A stretch of DNA of 64,000 bases from Candidatus Latescibacterota bacterium (GTDB lineage Bacteria > Latescibacterota > UBA2968 > UBA8231): NCBI GenBank assembly GCA_965219385.1, contig CBDCNM010000002.1:2536936-2600935 (forward strand), written 5' to 3'. Shown here in pieces: positions 1 to 9,933 of this stretch (position 1 is its first letter; every line of letters begins with the position of its first letter). The translations under genes and the position numbers were made by a program. The notes under the pieces were generated by a model. It worked only from the letters and a program-made list of their open reading frames with translations. It did not search any database and was not told the DNA's origin.

Positions 1-29
1 CAGCGCTTCGGTCAACCGGGGAGCCTGCT

Positions 30-206
30 CTAAGACCGACCGTAGACGGTGGTATGTCCATAGCGATAGCCCATCGAATCCAAGGCCATTTTCACCCGGT
101 AGTGTCCCAGTAGCGGATTGTTGTCCAGCAATTGGAAGATCTCCATCATCACTTGGACCGATATCCGCGTGGTAATTGGCGTGGTGACACGCTGACGGGT
201 GGTCAA
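30..206 (-). mobile_element. probable transposase fragment (IS3/IS481-like HTH region)
   Basis: Minus frame reads ...RISVQVMMEIFQLLDNNPLLGHYRVKMALDSMGYRYGHTTV, resembling the helix-turn-helix preceding integrase-core transposases; short and truncated. Confidence 0.35.
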
Positions 207-247
207 ACGAAGTGCGGCTAGGCCCCAATCCCACCGATGAAGCCGTA
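207..247. repeat. 41-bp direct repeat, displaced copy of 627-667 (40/41 identical)
   Basis: acgaagtgcggcTaggccccaatcccaccgatgaagccgta at 207-247 vs acgaagtgcggcCaggccccaatcccaccgatgaagccgta at 627-667 inside the OPT-like gene. Confidence 0.9.
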
Positions 248-442
248 TTATAGAAGGGGATATGCTTGAGCTGACGCCTCTGGACTATGCGCTGAGGCTG
301 CTGAATCGTCCCTCCTACTTCCGTGAAACCGTCGGCCAGGATATGCAATACATAGAAGCGATTGATTTCCTTCGAGCAGCTTAAATTGCCCGCCAGGTTG
401 ATCAGGCTGATGTGGACCGCCAGCAAAGGATTGAGGACGGCC

Positions 443-2437
443 TCAGAACACAATATGCGATACGGACTTGGAGATCAAAGCCAGGGCGATGGAACTCATG
501 CCCACCAGGCCGATGCCGCAGGAGTAACCGGCCAGCAGGATCGGAGTGTACACCCGCCAGCGCTGCTCGCCAAAGCGGCGCTGGAAGTAGAAGCGGCCCA
601 GTACGGCTCCGGCGAAGTTGAGCAGCACGAAGTGCGGCCAGGCCCCAATCCCACCGATGAAGCCGTAGAACACGGCGATGGGGGCTTTGAAGAAGGCCAG
701 AAGTCCCAAAATGCCGCAACTGCCCACAAAGCCGGTCAGGATGTAGTCCCAGCGGATGATACGGGTGATCAGCATATTGCCGGCTGCTTCGGGCAGGGTG
801 GACTTGGCCCAGAAGGTCTGCATGGTGGCGTAGAAAGGCCAGAATTTCTGCACGAAGGGGTAGCTCGACGAGGGGATGGGACCCAGCTTCCAGATGAAGG
901 ACCAGAACAGGAAGGAGCAGACGAACATGATCAGCAAGGAGACCCCGGCCAGCTTGACAATGCTGCCGAAGCGGGTGCGAGTCAGCTCCAACTGCTTGAA
1001 GGCCGCCGCTTCGAAACCCCACTGGAACAGAGGCACCGGCGCAAACCACACGGCCGCGCCCTGGTACCCGGACAGGTAGAAGGAGCCCTCGCGCAGATAG
1101 GGAAAGGAGACCCCCTGGGGACTGCCGGTCAGGCCGATCATACGGGCGCCGATATAGGAATTGATCGGCGTCCAGACAAAGCCGAAAAAGGCGCTGATCC
1201 ACCAGGGGAATTCAGGGACCAGGTAGTAGACCAGCCACACGAAACCAGCTGTGCTCACCGCCCAGATACCCAGCGCCAGAGGGAGAGGGATATCCCCGCG
1301 CCCCTCGGCAATCTCTCCCTCCTGCCGAACCCCGCGCAGCCTGTACATAGTGCTCCCTACCATCCAGAAACCCATCAGCGCCACCAGAATGGCCCCGCCG
1401 ATGGAGAAGCTCAACCAGAAGTCGAAGGAATTGGCGATCTGAGTCGGGAAGGTGGACATGCCCGGCTCCCAGGTATAGAGCACCCCCACGCGGTAGAGCA
1501 GCGGATTGGCGATCAGGTTGACAAGCATCGCCGCGGCAAAGCTGCCCACCACGATCCAGAACGGCAGCACAAAGCCGATGAGCAGGTGGCCCAGGTCCGT
1601 GCCCACGCCCATGATGCCGGCCGGAATCAGCTCCTTCATGGACACGGTCAGATCGATGAAGGGGATGGGCAGAAGGGTTATCGTCTGGGTCAGGAAGATG
1701 CCGGAGATGGTCGGGATGGCCACATAAAACAAGCCCCAGACAATGCCGATGAAGCCGCCGATGCTGAAGATCTCCCAGCGCCAGCCCTCGCGCTGCTGCG
1801 AACTTTCGGCCAGGGCCGTGGCCCCTCCGGCGTGGACCGAGGCCATTGGGTAGGGCAGGCGCTCGATATCGTTGGTGACGCGGAAGAGCACATAGCCCAG
1901 GGACAGGCTGTTGATTTTCTGCATGACGATAACCACCAGCAGCAGGACGATGGGCTTGAACCAGGCCGGGTGCAGAAAACTGCGCTGCATCAGGGCGGGC
2001 GAGTCCCGGGGTGGCACCACCCAGTCGGGGATATAGGAGTGCAAGCCGTTGGCCTGAGGCGACTGGATGAGGTACTGGTCCCAGATCAGACCACCGAAGG
2101 GGCCGCCGAAAAGGTCGGCGCCCGTGCCCAACTTGCCTCCCATCATCACCAGGCCGCCGGCCACCCAGTAGAGAATGATAACCTCCTGGGTCCGCAACCG
2201 CACGAAGGAGCGCTTGGCGATTTCTATGAGCAGAATGAGGGTCACCCACTCGGCCCCGCCGGCAATGCTCTGGCCGGTGACCAGCCCCAGGTAAATGGCC
2301 CCCGGCAACATGATGAACCCCACGAAAAGCGCTGCCCAGATCGTCCTCATATTGAAGCCGGGCTCGAATTCCAGGCCCTGGGGGATCAGGGTGATTTGTG
2401 CGGATGCCTTGGTTTTGTCTTCAGCGGAGGTCATCAT
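443..2437 (-). CDS. OPT/YSL-like (oligopeptide transporter superfamily) multi-pass membrane protein, 664 aa
   Basis: Many hydrophobic helices; N-terminal GFNMRTIWAALFVGFIMLPGAIYLGL and ERLPYP motif; last gene of the operon. Confidence 0.75.
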   Translation of the reverse strand: MMTSAEDKTKASAQITLIPQGLEFEPGFNMRTIWAALFVGFIMLPGAIYLGLVTGQSIAGGAEWVTLILLIEIAKRSFVRLRTQEVIILYWVAGGLVMMGGKLGTGADLFGGPFGGLIWDQYLIQSPQANGLHSYIPDWVVPPRDSPALMQRSFLHPAWFKPIVLLLVVIVMQKINSLSLGYVLFRVTNDIERLPYPMASVHAGGATALAESSQQREGWRWEIFSIGGFIGIVWGLFYVAIPTISGIFLTQTITLLPIPFIDLTVSMKELIPAGIMGVGTDLGHLLIGFVLPFWIVVGSFAAAMLVNLIANPLLYRVGVLYTWEPGMSTFPTQIANSFDFWLSFSIGGAILVALMGFWMVGSTMYRLRGVRQEGEIAEGRGDIPLPLALGIWAVSTAGFVWLVYYLVPEFPWWISAFFGFVWTPINSYIGARMIGLTGSPQGVSFPYLREGSFYLSGYQGAAVWFAPVPLFQWGFEAAAFKQLELTRTRFGSIVKLAGVSLLIMFVCSFLFWSFIWKLGPIPSSSYPFVQKFWPFYATMQTFWAKSTLPEAAGNMLITRIIRWDYILTGFVGSCGILGLLAFFKAPIAVFYGFIGGIGAWPHFVLLNFAGAVLGRFYFQRRFGEQRWRVYTPILLAGYSCGIGLVGMSSIALALISKSVSHIVF

Positions 2438-2450
2438 GAATAAGTTTCTT

Positions 2451-4424
2451 TTAATTCCCGTAGAGCGGGTGTCCCTGGCCGGGGAACCAGATCATGTCCA
2501 CCACGAACGAGACGCCGATGCCGGTGAAATGCCCCAGGATGATGCCGATGAAGAAGGGTTGGGCCCGGTGGTAGAGCTGGATGCCGCCGGTGCGCAGGAT
2601 GATCAATTTGCAAAGCCAGGCCAGGAAGATGGAAAAGATAATGATATTGTTCGGGTAGGAACATATCCCCACAGGCATGCCGATGGGGTGCAGGGGCCAC
2701 CACGAGAAGCGGTAGCGCATAAAGATCAAAACCGCCATGATGGCCCCGCCCGCGCCGGCGTGGCCCAGCCGCTGCCAGTCCGGTCCGGTAGTATCTATTT
2801 TGCGCAGCACCTCCACATAGGGCACCTGTGAGCCGCTGCCGAAGATCCAGCCGCCGTAGTTGTAGGCGCCATGGGAATAGCCCATGTAGAGAATGAAGCC
2901 CATGGAGACGAGGACGGCGACCAGGGCCGCCAGCAGGATGTAGAAGGTCACCGAGCGCCGGGATAGGTGCGTGCGGTCGGCGATTTTGCCGCTGTTGGCC
3001 GCGGCGACCATGAAAAAGCCCTTGAGTTCGTGGTGCCAGCCGTAGGAAAGCCCCAGGGAAACGTGGCTCGCCGCGGGCATGCCCGGCCCCCCCAGGGCAT
3101 AGCCGGCGAAGGTCTGGGCGACGATCGGGCCCCGGCAGAAGAGCAGCCCCCCTTCCATGATCACCCGAGAGATGCCGGTGTAGAGGATGATGGTGGCCAG
3201 GATGAACAGCGTCAGGGCGGGAAACGACATGCCGGAGCGCAAGAGCCAGAAGACGATGTAGAGCAGCGATAGAGAAAGACCCAGCGCAATGCCGCGGTAG
3301 GACATCAGCTCGCCGGTATCGTCGATAGCGGGGTCGTTGCGCCAGGCCTTGCGCCAGATGTCGCCCAGGTGCGACCGGGCTATCCAGAAGAGGTTGGCCA
3401 CCATCACCACCATGGCGCCGAAGGACTGCCAGCCGATGGCGGGATGGCCAAGGGTGTAGACGTCGCGGCCGGCGATTGCGTAGCCGAAGCGGTTGAATAA
3501 ACCTTCCTGGAACATGGTCAGCAGGGTGAAAAACCAGAGGCTGAAGGATACGCTCAGGTTCACGAAAAAGGTAAAGCCGGCAATGGCGAAGTTGACGGCG
3601 GGAGAAATGCCCGGAAACTCGCGGCCGATGCGCACCATGCCGGACAGGCTGGTGGGGATGGGTGGGAAGGCCGGGGTAAAGTAGGTGACCACATTCCACA
3701 TTACAATAAAGAAGGGAAGGGCGAAGCCAATCCAGAACACCCGCCGGCGCATGAAACCCGGCCAGGGAGAGTCCTCGGGAGTGGAAATCAGCTGCTGCGG
3801 AATTTCCATGAGAGGATAGGGAAGACGCTCGTACTCCACCCACTGCTTGCGCAGGGCCGCCACCAGGCAGTGGCAAAAGAAAAACACGGCCATGACCAGG
3901 CTGGTCCACCAGAACAGCGGCACCACCCAGGCACCCCAGGGAATGGACCTGCCGGCCGGGATGCCGTTGTAGAACCACTTCAGGGCCGTGAGATCGCGGG
4001 GTACCAGCCAGGTGGGGATGTGCTGCACAATCTTTTCATTCCAGGCGTTTTCCGGCGCGGCGAAGTACTGCGGCGCGGCAATCACGGCAATCAGATAGGT
4101 GGAAGTTCCCCAGGTGGGGATGGAAGCGCCGACCAGGGCCATAACGAAGATCAGGCTCAGCTCGATGGCAGTGAGGCCTTTCACCTTCCACAGAGAAACG
4201 CAGCCAGCGTTGAGCAGTGACAGCAGGGTAAAGAGGAAAACCACGCTCAGCGGCAGATAGCTGATGGCCCACTGCGAAGACTTGAGGATGAACAGGCTGT
4301 AGGGCGCGCCGACGTTGATCAGCGCCACGAGGAAGAGGCCGATCAACAGCGCCCGCAGGGGGAATTTGTGCTGTTCAGGAGGGTTTCCCACGGTTGCTTT
4401 CAGACCTTCATACAGCGCCGACAT
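2451..4424 (-). CDS. DUF6785/DUF6784-type multi-pass membrane protein, OPT-like, ~657 aa
   Basis: Start moved to ATG 4424 (MSALYEG), overlapping the stop of the upstream gene; RKQWVEYERLPYPL and WWPLHPIG motifs; many TM segments. Confidence 0.75.
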   Translation of the reverse strand: MSALYEGLKATVGNPPEQHKFPLRALLIGLFLVALINVGAPYSLFILKSSQWAISYLPLSVVFLFTLLSLLNAGCVSLWKVKGLTAIELSLIFVMALVGASIPTWGTSTYLIAVIAAPQYFAAPENAWNEKIVQHIPTWLVPRDLTALKWFYNGIPAGRSIPWGAWVVPLFWWTSLVMAVFFFCHCLVAALRKQWVEYERLPYPLMEIPQQLISTPEDSPWPGFMRRRVFWIGFALPFFIVMWNVVTYFTPAFPPIPTSLSGMVRIGREFPGISPAVNFAIAGFTFFVNLSVSFSLWFFTLLTMFQEGLFNRFGYAIAGRDVYTLGHPAIGWQSFGAMVVMVANLFWIARSHLGDIWRKAWRNDPAIDDTGELMSYRGIALGLSLSLLYIVFWLLRSGMSFPALTLFILATIILYTGISRVIMEGGLLFCRGPIVAQTFAGYALGGPGMPAASHVSLGLSYGWHHELKGFFMVAAANSGKIADRTHLSRRSVTFYILLAALVAVLVSMGFILYMGYSHGAYNYGGWIFGSGSQVPYVEVLRKIDTTGPDWQRLGHAGAGGAIMAVLIFMRYRFSWWPLHPIGMPVGICSYPNNIIIFSIFLAWLCKLIILRTGGIQLYHRAQPFFIGIILGHFTGIGVSFVVDMIWFPGQGHPLYGN

Positions 4425-7400
4425 AGTCCCGGTGGGCCCGCTGCTGGTATTCCTGGCGGATGCCGGCCGGCAGAGTGCGCCACACCAGGAAGCGCTTGCG
4501 CAGCACATTGAGGAAGTTGCGGTTCATGCGCTGCCAGGAGGCTACGTCGCCGCTGCGGCGAATCAGCAGGGTCTCGATCTTGTAGATATTGTGTTCGCCG
4601 GTGGGCACAGCCTGCAGTTGCACCTGCTGACTGATGCCCAGGTCGTAGGGCGCCAGCCAGGCCGTCATGGCAATCTCGCAGACCGGCTCGCTCCCCTCAT
4701 TGCTCACCTTGAGCTCAATGTCCCGGGCGACGAAATCGCCGACGGAGCCTTCGCCGTAGGCATCGAAGACAACCTTCAGGTAGACGTACATGCTGGGCAC
4801 CTCGGCCCCACCCACGGTAAAGGGGAAGTCGAATTTCCAGTGGTCGCCCTCCGGATCGGGGAATTGCCACTGGCGGGTGACGTCCGGGACGGCCATATTG
4901 GCGGCCATGCGGGCCGGATAGAGGGAAGACGCGTACACCGTGGCGATGACGATGAGGGTCGCCCACACCGCCGACAGCGACGAGTAGTTCACGGTGAGGC
5001 CGCCCAGCAGCCCATAGTTTAGAATGAACAGGTAGGAGATCTGGCCCAAAAGATAGCCGGCCACGGCACCGAAGGTGGCAAAGACCGTGGCCTCGGCCAG
5101 GAAGAGCAGACCGATGTGGCTGGGAGCAAGGCCCACGACGCTGTAGATGCCGATTTCGGAGGCCCGCTCGTACACCGCGCCCATCATGGTGTTGAGCACG
5201 ATCAGGGCGGCAATGAAGACGGGGATAAAGAGTTGGCCGGCACCGCTGATCCGGGTCGAGCCGATGGAACTGTAGGCGACCACCCGGTCCCCGTCGCTGA
5301 CGAAGAGGGTGAGGGCTACCCGCCTCATGAAATCCTCGATGCGCTCGACAAAAACCTCCGCCTCCTGATCGCGGGCGATGGCGATCGAGTGGATGCGGCC
5401 CTCCATTTCCATGACCCGCTCGTAGGGTAGGAAGAGCACGTTTTCCGCCGCTAAATGGTTGAGTGTTTCAATGGCGGCAGCCGCCTGAGTGCGCGGGTCC
5501 TCGGTGGCTTCACTTTGCAGTTTGGCGGCTTCGTTGACCGTATCCACGGGGGTCAGCCGCTCGCCGTCGAGGTCCACCACGCCGTTGAAGGACGCCGCAT
5601 CAAGCAGGCCGATCACGCGGTAGTCCCGGCCAAAGAGGCGGATGGAGACCGCGCCCACTGCGTCCGGGCCGATTCCCAGCAGGGCGGCTATTTTGTCGGG
5701 CAGGATGCAGACGTCGCGGTCTGCGGCGGTGAAAAAGCGGCCGGCCACCAGATGGCGGTCGATGCGGCTTACCCGGGCTTCTTCGGGTTTGAGGCCGACC
5801 AGCCCGTTGACAAAGCTCTGGCGGCTGGTCGCCGTCGTGCTGAAGTTGATGTAGGCCCATTCTGTCGGAACCTGGGCCAGGTACCAGGCCCGGGGCACGA
5901 CCTGGGCCAGGTCGGCAAAGGCGCTTTCCATGTAGTTCAGGGTGGACGCCTGCAGCCCCCGCCAGGCGCGGTCCCGCAGCAGGGCGCCCTGGTAGAGTGG
6001 CTCGGTGTCCCGGGCCAGGCGGTAAAAATCCAGGCCGGACTCGATTGAGCTGAAGGAGCAGACCGTAAAGGTGAGCAGGGTGAGGGTGAGGGCGGTCAGG
6101 CCGGTGCGGAGCTTGCGCTTGCGCAGGTTGGATATGCCCAGGACGATGGCGGTCAGGCCGGCACTGAGCCGCCCTATGTCTGTTTCGTGCATGCCCGAGG
6201 CGGCTCCCTTGCGGCGCTGCAAAAGGCTTTTGAAGTGGCCGACGACGATCCAGATCACCAGCAGCCCCAGGGCCAGAATGACGAAGGCCAGAAAAATGAC
6301 GTAGGGGGAGGTACTCAGCTTGAAAGCCGGATGCACCCAGCGCACGATAAGGAAGACGCCGATGAAAATGGCCACAAAGCCGATGATCTGGCGCCGGATT
6401 TCGGAGAAGCTGAAAAAGAAGCGCTCGCAGAAAAAGGCGAAGGGCAGCAACAGGGCAAAGTAGAAGATCACCGCCCGGACGGCATCGTTGGCGGTCGACT
6501 TGACTTCCGGGTAGATGCGGGCTTCGAGCCCCAGGGCCCGACGGGTGGCGGCCATGTACCCGGTGTAGTCCAGTCCTTCCAGGCGCTGCCGGGCTTCCAC
6601 CAGGGCCTCTCTGGTCGCCTCGTGCATGCGCTCCAGGTCTTCCAGGACAATGCCGTAGCGGCTCAGTTGCTTGATGCGAGCATCGTCGACGATCCACAGG
6701 TCGCGGGCTGCCTGGTACGAGGGTTGAAAGACCATGCCCAGTTCGACGGGATAGCCCTGGCCTTGAGCCTTTTCCATCGTCTCCATGTCTACTTCCGCCG
6801 GGGCCACAGGCCGGCGCACAAAGGCCGGATCGGCATTGCTCAGCAGGTAGCGGATGCTGGACAGGGCGCCACTGCTGCCAAGGGCGCTCTCCCCGGCCAG
6901 GATCTTCACCCGGGTGCCCGGCTCGGCGAAGACCACGCCGGCCTGAACCACCCGGTCTTCGCGGTTGCTCTGGTTCTCTATGTAGCTGTAGCCGAAGGAG
7001 CGCGGGGGCGCGTCGTTGCCACCCAGGATGGCCACCTGATCGAGGGCGGAAAGGTAGCGCGGGTCCACGACCTCCAGGAAGCTGAGGGCGCGGCACTTGA
7101 ACACCACCTGCAGCATGCGGTTTTCCCACCCGCCGTAGGGCTGGGTCGTCGGATAGGTCCCATCGCCTTCCGGTCCCAGGTCCGGGGCCGAGACAATGCG
7201 GCCGGCCTCGTCCAGCTCAAACGCCTGGATGCGATTGCTGAAGCGGTTGCGCATGATGCCGAACTTGAAGTAGCCGTGCCGGTCGCCCTTAGTGCCGGTG
7301 CGCTCGGCGATCAGGGTGCGCACCCCGCCGACGGCGTTGGGGCCAGGCTGCCGGTAGGTCACCAGAGCCCCGCCCACCGGGGCTTTGGGCACGGCAAAGT

Positions 7401-9015
7401 TGACTTCCCGGTCGAACCAGTAGACGTAGCCCTCCAGACTGTGGCCCCAGTCGCGCAGCACCAGCTTGGTGTCGTTGAAAAATTCCGGGTCGTAGACCGC
7501 CTTGAGCAGGAGGCCGCCGATAGTGCGCACCTGGGTGGTCAGGTTCTCCAAATCGACGAATTCCAGCTGATCCAGGGGTGTGTCCACCCGCTCCCGCAGC
7601 TGGTTGGGCGTGACCAGGGAGAGGCCTTCCTTGCCCACGAAGCTGACGGCTTCGCTGTCCAGGGCCAGGCGCACGGGCATGTAGTTTTTCCAGGTGCGCT
7701 TGGCGGGGGCCACCGCGTCCTGGTAGCGGGTGGAGTCCCCGAAGGTCTCCTGGTTGTAGTCGCCGAACTTGGTGGCGTAGTGGGCCATCAGGTTCTTCTG
7801 GTAGTCGTTGGTTGCCCAGGTGGAGTTATAGAAGGTCCCCAGGGTGAAAGCGGCCACGGCAGCGCTGTGGCTGGAAAGGTCCAGCCCTATGAAGAGGCGG
7901 AAGTCGAACAGGTCTTCGGGAGGTATTTTCCGGCGGAAGTAAGCGCTTTTGCGGGCGTGGCGGTAGAGAAAGTCGTTGATGCCGGCCAGGCCTTCAAAGT
8001 GTCCGGCCGTGGCCAGGAAGAGCACGGTGTAGCGGTTGCCCTGCCCCTTGAGCAGGCGGACCAGTTCCAAAAGCGCGGCGATCCCCGCGGCGCTTTCGGC
8101 CCCGGGGGCCAGGGCCGGCACCACGGAGATGGCATCGTAGTGAGCCTGCACCACGATAATCTGGTCGCTCCAGACCTGTTCCCGCTGGCGCCCGCCCAGG
8201 GGCATCTTTTCACCGTCGCCGTAGAGGAACCCGTAGATGTTGCTCGCCTCTACCTCCTCCCAGTCCATGCGGGCGCTGAGCCAGACCCGGGTTTGCCCGG
8301 ACCGGGCCAGGGGCCGCAGGATCCGGGCGGCGTCCGGCTCAAGCCAGAAGCGGGGGATGTCCACCGGTACCTGGAGGAATTTTTCGGCGGCTTCACTGCG
8401 AGTGACGCCCTTGTCGGGATAGAACAGAATGGCCCGGGCTCCCAGGGCGCGGGCATGGACGTAGTTGCTGCCGCAGTTGAAGTCCAGCAGGACGATGCTG
8501 CCGTCCAGGGGCTTGCCGTCCAGATCCTCGAGTTCGCCCCTGCCGCCGTCAATCAGGTGGCCTTCGACACCGGCCGCTGGCAGGGAAGGGGTGCGCACGT
8601 GGTTGGGCCAGAGTCCGTAGAGGGAAAACTCCCGACCGGATTCTACCAGTCGGATGCGGCCGCCCCGGTCCACGGGCACGGGCAGAGTGAAGGTCTCGCT
8701 CTTTACGTCTTCCAGGCCCAGGCGGCGAAATTCTTCCTCTACGTAGTCGGCCGCCCGCCGGGCGCCTTCGTAGCCGGTGAGGCGGGAAGGATAGGCAGTG
8801 AACTGCCGCAAGTGCTGGTAGAGGCGTTTGGAGTCGATGGAGCTCAAAGCCGCTCTGGCGCCCAGATCGGACTTGGCCGGAACTTCATCCTGCAGCAGCT
8901 CCCAGTCCATGGCCTGCTCGATCCACTGCGATACCCGGGCCGGATCGAGGACGGTCACCGAGAGCAGCATGAGGGCGGCGAGGATAAAGGTGAAAGCGCG
9001 CTTGAAGTAGGACAT
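4408..9015 (-). CDS. M28-peptidase-like (PA + M28 fold) domain fused to FtsX/MacB-type ABC permease, 1535 aa
   Basis: SRLTGYEG, PA-like insert, AHYD...APGAESAAG...FLATAGHFEGLAG; central TM block; NLRKRKLRTGLT; C-terminal LNTMMGAVYERASEIGIYSVVGLAPSHIGLLFLAE (FtsX permease signature). Confidence 0.85.
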   Translation of the reverse strand: MSYFKRAFTFILAALMLLSVTVLDPARVSQWIEQAMDWELLQDEVPAKSDLGARAALSSIDSKRLYQHLRQFTAYPSRLTGYEGARRAADYVEEEFRRLGLEDVKSETFTLPVPVDRGGRIRLVESGREFSLYGLWPNHVRTPSLPAAGVEGHLIDGGRGELEDLDGKPLDGSIVLLDFNCGSNYVHARALGARAILFYPDKGVTRSEAAEKFLQVPVDIPRFWLEPDAARILRPLARSGQTRVWLSARMDWEEVEASNIYGFLYGDGEKMPLGGRQREQVWSDQIIVVQAHYDAISVVPALAPGAESAAGIAALLELVRLLKGQGNRYTVLFLATAGHFEGLAGINDFLYRHARKSAYFRRKIPPEDLFDFRLFIGLDLSSHSAAVAAFTLGTFYNSTWATNDYQKNLMAHYATKFGDYNQETFGDSTRYQDAVAPAKRTWKNYMPVRLALDSEAVSFVGKEGLSLVTPNQLRERVDTPLDQLEFVDLENLTTQVRTIGGLLLKAVYDPEFFNDTKLVLRDWGHSLEGYVYWFDREVNFAVPKAPVGGALVTYRQPGPNAVGGVRTLIAERTGTKGDRHGYFKFGIMRNRFSNRIQAFELDEAGRIVSAPDLGPEGDGTYPTTQPYGGWENRMLQVVFKCRALSFLEVVDPRYLSALDQVAILGGNDAPPRSFGYSYIENQSNREDRVVQAGVVFAEPGTRVKILAGESALGSSGALSSIRYLLSNADPAFVRRPVAPAEVDMETMEKAQGQGYPVELGMVFQPSYQAARDLWIVDDARIKQLSRYGIVLEDLERMHEATREALVEARQRLEGLDYTGYMAATRRALGLEARIYPEVKSTANDAVRAVIFYFALLLPFAFFCERFFFSFSEIRRQIIGFVAIFIGVFLIVRWVHPAFKLSTSPYVIFLAFVILALGLLVIWIVVGHFKSLLQRRKGAASGMHETDIGRLSAGLTAIVLGISNLRKRKLRTGLTALTLTLLTFTVCSFSSIESGLDFYRLARDTEPLYQGALLRDRAWRGLQASTLNYMESAFADLAQVVPRAWYLAQVPTEWAYINFSTTATSRQSFVNGLVGLKPEEARVSRIDRHLVAGRFFTAADRDVCILPDKIAALLGIGPDAVGAVSIRLFGRDYRVIGLLDAASFNGVVDLDGERLTPVDTVNEAAKLQSEATEDPRTQAAAAIETLNHLAAENVLFLPYERVMEMEGRIHSIAIARDQEAEVFVERIEDFMRRVALTLFVSDGDRVVAYSSIGSTRISGAGQLFIPVFIAALIVLNTMMGAVYERASEIGIYSVVGLAPSHIGLLFLAEATVFATFGAVAGYLLGQISYLFILNYGLLGGLTVNYSSLSAVWATLIVIATVYASSLYPARMAANMAVPDVTRQWQFPDPEGDHWKFDFPFTVGGAEVPSMYVYLKVVFDAYGEGSVGDFVARDIELKVSNEGSEPVCEIAMTAWLAPYDLGISQQVQLQAVPTGEHNIYKIETLLIRRSGDVASWQRMNRNFLNVLRKRFLVWRTLPAGIRQEYQQRAHRDYVGAV

Positions 9016-9108
9016 CGTTTAGCGGGAGCAAAGAGAGGGACATATCCTGCAGACTGTCCCTCTCGACGGGCTATTTTGCCATCTACTGACGCTAGGGCTC
9101 ATTCCAGC

Positions 9109-9900
9109 TCATTTCCGCCCGGCCAGCTCGTCATAAGTTTTAACCTTGTGCAGGTTGCGCTTGAAGCGGAAGGTCAGGTCCATGGTTTCCACGGGTTCGT
9201 TGCGGAAATCGTACCTTATGCCCACTGCGGGAATCTCGAAGGTGATTTCGGCGACGTCCACGTGGATCTGCGGAAAAATGATGTAGCCGACCACGTCCTG
9301 GCCGGAGAACACGAACTCGTCCTCCGGGTATTGGGCCTGCCGGATCATGCCGATGCGGTGCCTGAACTGCTTCCAGGCCAGGCCGTTGTAGGCCAGGGCA
9401 AAGCGCCGGAAGTACTCCTCGACGTCGTAGCGGCCCCAGGGGTAGTAGCTGCGGCCGTTGCCGGAGTGGATGACTGTTTTGAGCGGGTCGAATTTCGTCT
9501 TGGGGTACTCGTAGTTCTTGATGTTGACCTTGAGTATGGTGAAGCGCTGCGGCGGGTTACCCGTCGCCGGGTCCTTCCACTCGCCATAGGTAAAGGCGTT
9601 GGTCGGCATTTCGTTGGCCGGGCCGCTGACATCGACCGACTCCGCGGCGAACTGGCGATTGAGCTCGTCGTCGGTCATCACCCGGGCGGATATTTCGAGC
9701 CGGCTCTGAATAAAGGCGACGGTGCCGTCGTCGTAGACTTCCATGCGGGTGCCTTCGCCGGGAGCGGTCTGCTGGTCGCTCTGCAGGGGCTGGAAGGGAT
9801 CGGGCACCAGGTAGTAGCCGCAGCCGGCAATCAGCGCCAGCGCGGCGACGAGCGCCAGAATCGAGGCCATGGGCCCGTGGATATCCTTTCTTGCAAGCAT
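9109..9900 (-). CDS. hypothetical lipoprotein, 263 aa
   Basis: Hydrophobic stretch with lipobox LIAG-C; SD-like AGGAG upstream; in operon. Confidence 0.75.
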   Translation of the reverse strand: MLARKDIHGPMASILALVAALALIAGCGYYLVPDPFQPLQSDQQTAPGEGTRMEVYDDGTVAFIQSRLEISARVMTDDELNRQFAAESVDVSGPANEMPTNAFTYGEWKDPATGNPPQRFTILKVNIKNYEYPKTKFDPLKTVIHSGNGRSYYPWGRYDVEEYFRRFALAYNGLAWKQFRHRIGMIRQAQYPEDEFVFSGQDVVGYIIFPQIHVDVAEITFEIPAVGIRYDFRNEPVETMDLTFRFKRNLHKVKTYDELAGRK

Positions 9901-9933
9901 GGCGGTTCTCCTGTCAAAAGCGGTCGTATGCCG

